In this document: positions 60,749 through 64,000 of the stretch, in pieces
Layout of the letters: each line of letters begins with the position of its first letter
How positions within the stretch are numbered: the stretch's first letter is position 1
Source: Francisellaceae bacterium
Lineage (GTDB): Bacteria; Pseudomonadota; Gammaproteobacteria; Francisellales; Francisellaceae
Assembly: GCA_028355575.1 (NCBI GenBank)
Contig: JAOMSY010000001.1
Coordinates: 13,542-77,541, forward strand
Length of the DNA: 64,000 nt
Direction: 5' to 3'
The notes under the pieces: generated by a model
What the model saw: the letters and a program-made list of their open reading frames with translations, nothing else
What the model was told of the DNA's origin: nothing
Databases searched by the model: none
Position numbers and translations under genes: made by a program

Positions 60749-61031
60749 AGTTAGATTTTTTTTTCAACCAGTCAAGCTCCACTTTAAGCCTGCCGATTTC
60801 TTCATATAATTTCGACTGTTCCTTAATCTCAGAAAGATCTTTTTTGTCTGGTGTTAATTTAACAGCAAAAATTTGTTTAATCGCCTCAACTGCCTGTTTT
60901 TTCCAATTTGTTATTTGAGTTGAGTGGATCTCATATTTACTGCTGATCTGAGCTTGCGTCAACTCACCCTTAATTGCAGCGATTGCAACTTCAGTTTTAA
61001 AGATTGCGCTATGATTTTTTTTCTTATGCAT
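60738..61031 (-). CDS. IS3-family transposase OrfA (HTH plus leucine zipper)
   Basis: 97 aa. ISSKYEIHSTQITNWKKQ HTH and the LYEEIGRLKVELDWLKK zipper typical of IS3 OrfA. Confidence 0.9.
   Translation of the reverse strand: MHKKKNHSAIFKTEVAIAAIKGELTQAQISSKYEIHSTQITNWKKQAVEAIKQIFAVKLTPDKKDLSEIKEQSKLYEEIGRLKVELDWLKKKSNFEL
60756..60764 (-). promoter_or_regulatory. programmed -1 ribosomal frameshift site (A9 slippery run) of the IS3 element
   Basis: Minus strand reads TTG AAA AAA AAA TCT. Slipping -1 continues ..KKNLTLSCRDKKLLVDP into OrfB. Confidence 0.6.
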
Positions 61032-61397
61032 TTATGCCTCCATTTTACTGTGAGACATCTATTTTACCCTCTTAGGCACCTGTCCGAAAAAACCCAACCA
61101 TTATAGATTGCCCCTATAAATTATTATCCATGCATAAATTGAATTGAAAAATCAGCCTTAGCTGGATTATTAATGATTAAGTGTTACTGAACTTGCTATA
61201 GTATTTTATATCTTTGTACAAATTGCATCCATTATGATTTTTGTGAGAAAAATTAAAAAAAAATAAAGAAATTATGCTATTTGTGTCTTGAAGTGTGACT
61301 GTTTTAAAAAAACAATTTCTACTATCAAATTTATAGATTGTAATCTTAAATTAGTTAAGGTAAGGAATTTATAATTTAGCCAAATGAGTAATGACAC

Positions 61398-62924
61398 ATG
61401 AAGAAAAATTATTATAAGTCACAAAAAGTATTCAAAAGCTTAGCCATCATTTTAATTGTCAGCTTTTGTATGTCAATTTTCATGTATTTCACTCTACCTT
61501 TTATTGGGCCAACAGCACACATAGTTATATTATTCCTAACAATGCTTCTTGTATCATACTTTACAAACTTTATAGCTTCGCTTTTATTCTCAGTTGTGGT
61601 TTTTATATTGTATATTTACCTATGCATGAAGCCAATCTACAGCCTTAAAATTGATGGCTTTACACTTGACATGGATGGCATTACACACATATTCTCATTT
61701 TTCATATTTATAGTATGTACTCTTATTATGAATCTGCTCGCTAGAAAATCGAGCAATTTAATTGATGATCTCAGAAAGCGAGAAAGTTATTTACTACTAC
61801 TGAACAACTTTTACTTTAATTTAAATAAAAGAAGTACCATAAATATTATTAATGATCTTGTTAGCTCATTAAACAACTACTTTAACTACGACTTTATATA
61901 TGCAGAAGTCTCCAATGGTGACATTAGCCGATATTATCCTACAAAAAATTCGCTGAGTAAGCCTGACCTAAAAGCGTTAGAATGGTGTCTCAAAAATAAA
62001 ACCCCCTGTGGACCGAGTACAAATGAATTTAGTTTACTAGAGTGGTATTTCGAGCCATTTATTATTCGCGACCAAGTATATGCAATTATTGCAATTAATA
62101 TACCCAGCAAAAGCTGTCTAAATAAACTTGAAAATGATAAGCCTTTATTTAGACCTATTTTTAACCAAGCTATCAGTATCTTATTAAAAAAGAAGCTTGA
62201 ACAAGAAGAAAAACATACTGCAATTTTAAGAGAACAGGAAAAACTACAAAGGGCGTTGTTATCCTCTGTTTCACATGACCTTAAAACACCATTAGCTTCC
62301 ATAATTGGTTCTATAAGCAGTATTATTAGCTATAACGATAAATTTTCAACGAGTGACCAATTAGAAATCCTTCAAATTGCACTGGATGAATCTAATCGTT
62401 TGAGAGGCTATATCGATAATGTTGTACAAATGTTAAAGGTAGAATCTGGCGCATTAAAAGTTAATATACAAACTATAGATACCTTTGATTTCATAAACGG
62501 TGTATATGAGATATCTAAAGAACGATTTATTGACGCAAAAATCGAATTAGACATCCAGTTTGATAAAGGCCACGTTTCTCATTTTGATGAAAATTTAATT
62601 GAGCAAGTATTGTTTAATGTTATAGAAAATGCTGTTAAATTTTCCAAAGACATTAAGGAAGTTAAGCTTAAAGCTGCCTTTAAAAATAGTAATTTACGTT
62701 TTGAGATCATTGACAGTGGTATAGGCATTGATCCAAAAGATATAAACGATATTTTTAATATCTTTTATCGCATAGAGAAAAGTGACCATTACACCAAAGG
62801 TTCAGGATTTGGGCTTTCAGTCTGCAAAGGTATTATAGAATTGCATCGTGGGAAAATATATGCGAAAAGTTCAGGTATGAATCTAGGCACAAGCATGGTG
62901 ATTGAACTTCCACAGCCATTCTAA
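61398..62924 (+). CDS. sensor histidine kinase homologous to the C-terminal half of KdpD (TM bundle, GAF-like, HisKA, HATPase)
   Basis: N-terminal 4-TM region. GAF-like LEWCLKNKTPCGPSTNEF...YAIIAIN. H-box LLSSVSHDLKTPLASIIG, plus N and G boxes. No KdpD N-terminal or Usp domains. Confidence 0.8.
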   Translation: MKKNYYKSQKVFKSLAIILIVSFCMSIFMYFTLPFIGPTAHIVILFLTMLLVSYFTNFIASLLFSVVVFILYIYLCMKPIYSLKIDGFTLDMDGITHIFSFFIFIVCTLIMNLLARKSSNLIDDLRKRESYLLLLNNFYFNLNKRSTINIINDLVSSLNNYFNYDFIYAEVSNGDISRYYPTKNSLSKPDLKALEWCLKNKTPCGPSTNEFSLLEWYFEPFIIRDQVYAIIAINIPSKSCLNKLENDKPLFRPIFNQAISILLKKKLEQEEKHTAILREQEKLQRALLSSVSHDLKTPLASIIGSISSIISYNDKFSTSDQLEILQIALDESNRLRGYIDNVVQMLKVESGALKVNIQTIDTFDFINGVYEISKERFIDAKIELDIQFDKGHVSHFDENLIEQVLFNVIENAVKFSKDIKEVKLKAAFKNSNLRFEIIDSGIGIDPKDINDIFNIFYRIEKSDHYTKGSGFGLSVCKGIIELHRGKIYAKSSGMNLGTSMVIELPQPF

Positions 62925-62932
62925 ACAACTTA

Positions 62933-63640
62933 TTATTTTTCTATTTTCGATTCTTCTACAAAGCGATAACCTACTCCAGACTCCGTTACAATCAATGGCT
63001 GAATAGAACATTCTTCTAACTTTACACGTAATTGTCGAATATAGACCCTTAAATATTGGGGGTCATCATTATAATACTCACCCCAGACTTCTTTAAAAAT
63101 CTGAGTTTGTGTAATAAGCTTGCCAGCATGTCTTACAAAAAGGCTAAGTAATACAAATTCTTTTTTTGATAATTTTACAGGATTGTTATCAATTTTGACT
63201 TCACGGTTGTGAATGGCAACTGTCATATTTCCAAAGTTGTAAGTTTTATTTTCACTATCAATAGTGCAACCTAAATTTGATGATGCTAAAAGACACTTTT
63301 TAATCCTCGCTAATAGCTCAGGCATATCAAACGGTTTTTTTACATAATCGTTCGCACCATTCTCTAAGGCTTTTACAATTTCATGAGACTCACTTCTTGC
63401 AGAAATAACAATAATGGGTGTGTTATATTTTTCACGAATTAATACTAATAAGTCCTGCCCATCTATATCTGGCAGACCAAGATCAAGCAAAATTAAGTCC
63501 GGCTGATGCTCCTTTAATACTTGAAGTGCGTGTTCTCCATTTACGCCATCTTCAGCATCATAACCCAAAACAAGTAATGCCTTTTTTAAAAACTTTCTAA
63601 TTTGGGGTTCATCATCTACAATGAGGATTTTTTTGTGCAT
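62933..63640 (-). CDS. KdpE-like OmpR-family response regulator
   Basis: KILIVDDEPQIRKFL, LILLDLGLPDIDG, SARSE...NGANDYVKKPF, LRVYIRQLRVKLE and TESGVGYRF closely follow the KdpE pattern. The ATG at 63640 has an AAGGA RBS; the ORF track extends to 63676. Confidence 0.9.
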   Translation of the reverse strand: MHKKILIVDDEPQIRKFLKKALLVLGYDAEDGVNGEHALQVLKEHQPDLILLDLGLPDIDGQDLLVLIREKYNTPIIVISARSESHEIVKALENGANDYVKKPFDMPELLARIKKCLLASSNLGCTIDSENKTYNFGNMTVAIHNREVKIDNNPVKLSKKEFVLLSLFVRHAGKLITQTQIFKEVWGEYYNDDPQYLRVYIRQLRVKLEECSIQPLIVTESGVGYRFVEESKIEK

Positions 63641-64000
63641 GTTTTTCCTTAGTGAACATCGTTTAAGCAGCTTCATTAAGTGTTTTCTGACTTAATTCTG
63701 GATACCAGTATTTATCTTTAGACTTTACAAAATGCCAATACAATAATTATATAAAGCAATTTTCATTATATGGAAAATATATTTAATTTTATCTAATAAT
63801 TATTAATGTTGGAGTTGAAATAAAATATCAAAACGAAAATCATACCAATCTCTTAATATGTTTCAGTTTTGATGATTTAGTTGGACAAGAGTTGCTCAGG
63901 ACTTTTATCCAACTAAGTATTTTATTCCTATGCTTATGTTCTAGATATTTATTGGCCCGCACGTTTGAGTTGTAAATGATCCTGATTGTGAGGCTAATTT

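Larger units (their letters stand above)
59840..61100 (-). mobile_element. IS3-family insertion sequence (about 1.26 kb), apparently intact
   Basis: orfA/orfB with an A9 slippery run. Imperfect terminal inverted repeats both begin with TG and share a GGACAG core (TGAGGTGGGGGAATTTCTTAGGACAG at 59840; reverse complement of the right end is TGGTTGGGTTTTTTCGGACAG, ending at 61100). Boundaries are good to about 10 bp and no direct repeats were confirmed. Confidence 0.75.

Noticed and set aside
63877-63916. 9-bp inverted repeat TTAGTTGGA-N22-TCCAACTAA in the AT-rich region at the window end
   Set aside because: It has a long loop and no T-tract, and it lies upstream, not downstream, of the regulator gene. 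There is too little context before the window ends to interpret it.
1-64000. Scan for CRISPR arrays, tRNA/rRNA genes, and obvious toxin-antitoxin or restriction-type defence gene pairs
   Set aside because: No regularly spaced direct repeats, no GC-rich cloverleaf-like or rRNA-like segments, and no such gene pairs were recognised. All long intergenic regions are AT-rich promoter-like DNA.

Overview
AT-rich (by eye) gammaproteobacterial chromosomal segment; the genus cannot be assigned from sequence alone. Housekeeping blocks are the pyruvate dehydrogenase operon aceE-aceF-lpdA (5986-12051), asd plus an aspartate kinase-thrB-thrC-def run (42590-48239), and recC-recB-recD (49804-58240). They flank a roughly 25 kb, mostly co-directional surface-polysaccharide locus (12297-37578). 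This locus is the most interesting part of the window. It starts with a fused ATP sulfurylase/APS kinase and a CysQ-type PAP phosphatase, runs through metK-ahcY and nucleotide-sugar genes, and continues into an AT-richer Wzx/Wzy-type core. The core has five GT4-type glycosyltransferases and two paralogous carbohydrate-type sulfotransferases, followed by a PglA/C/D/E/F-like block for a diamino-trideoxyhexose. It ends with a Wzc-like co-polymerase whose kinase motifs all look dead. Together this reads as a self-sufficient system for making a sulfated O-antigen or capsule. The locus also carries an in-frame wbpD'-'wbpE deletion fusion (a decayed 2,3-diacetamido-uronic acid branch) and long poly-T tracts inside wzx. 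The right end of the window is an accessory or rearranged zone. It holds a prolyl-4-hydroxylase-like oxygenase, an IS630 transposase remnant, an orphan secreted protein, an apparently intact IS3-family element with an A9 frameshift site, and a KdpD-like kinase. That kinase lacks the N-terminal sensor half and sits convergent with a KdpE-like regulator, with no kdpFABC. No rRNA, tRNA or CRISPR array was seen.
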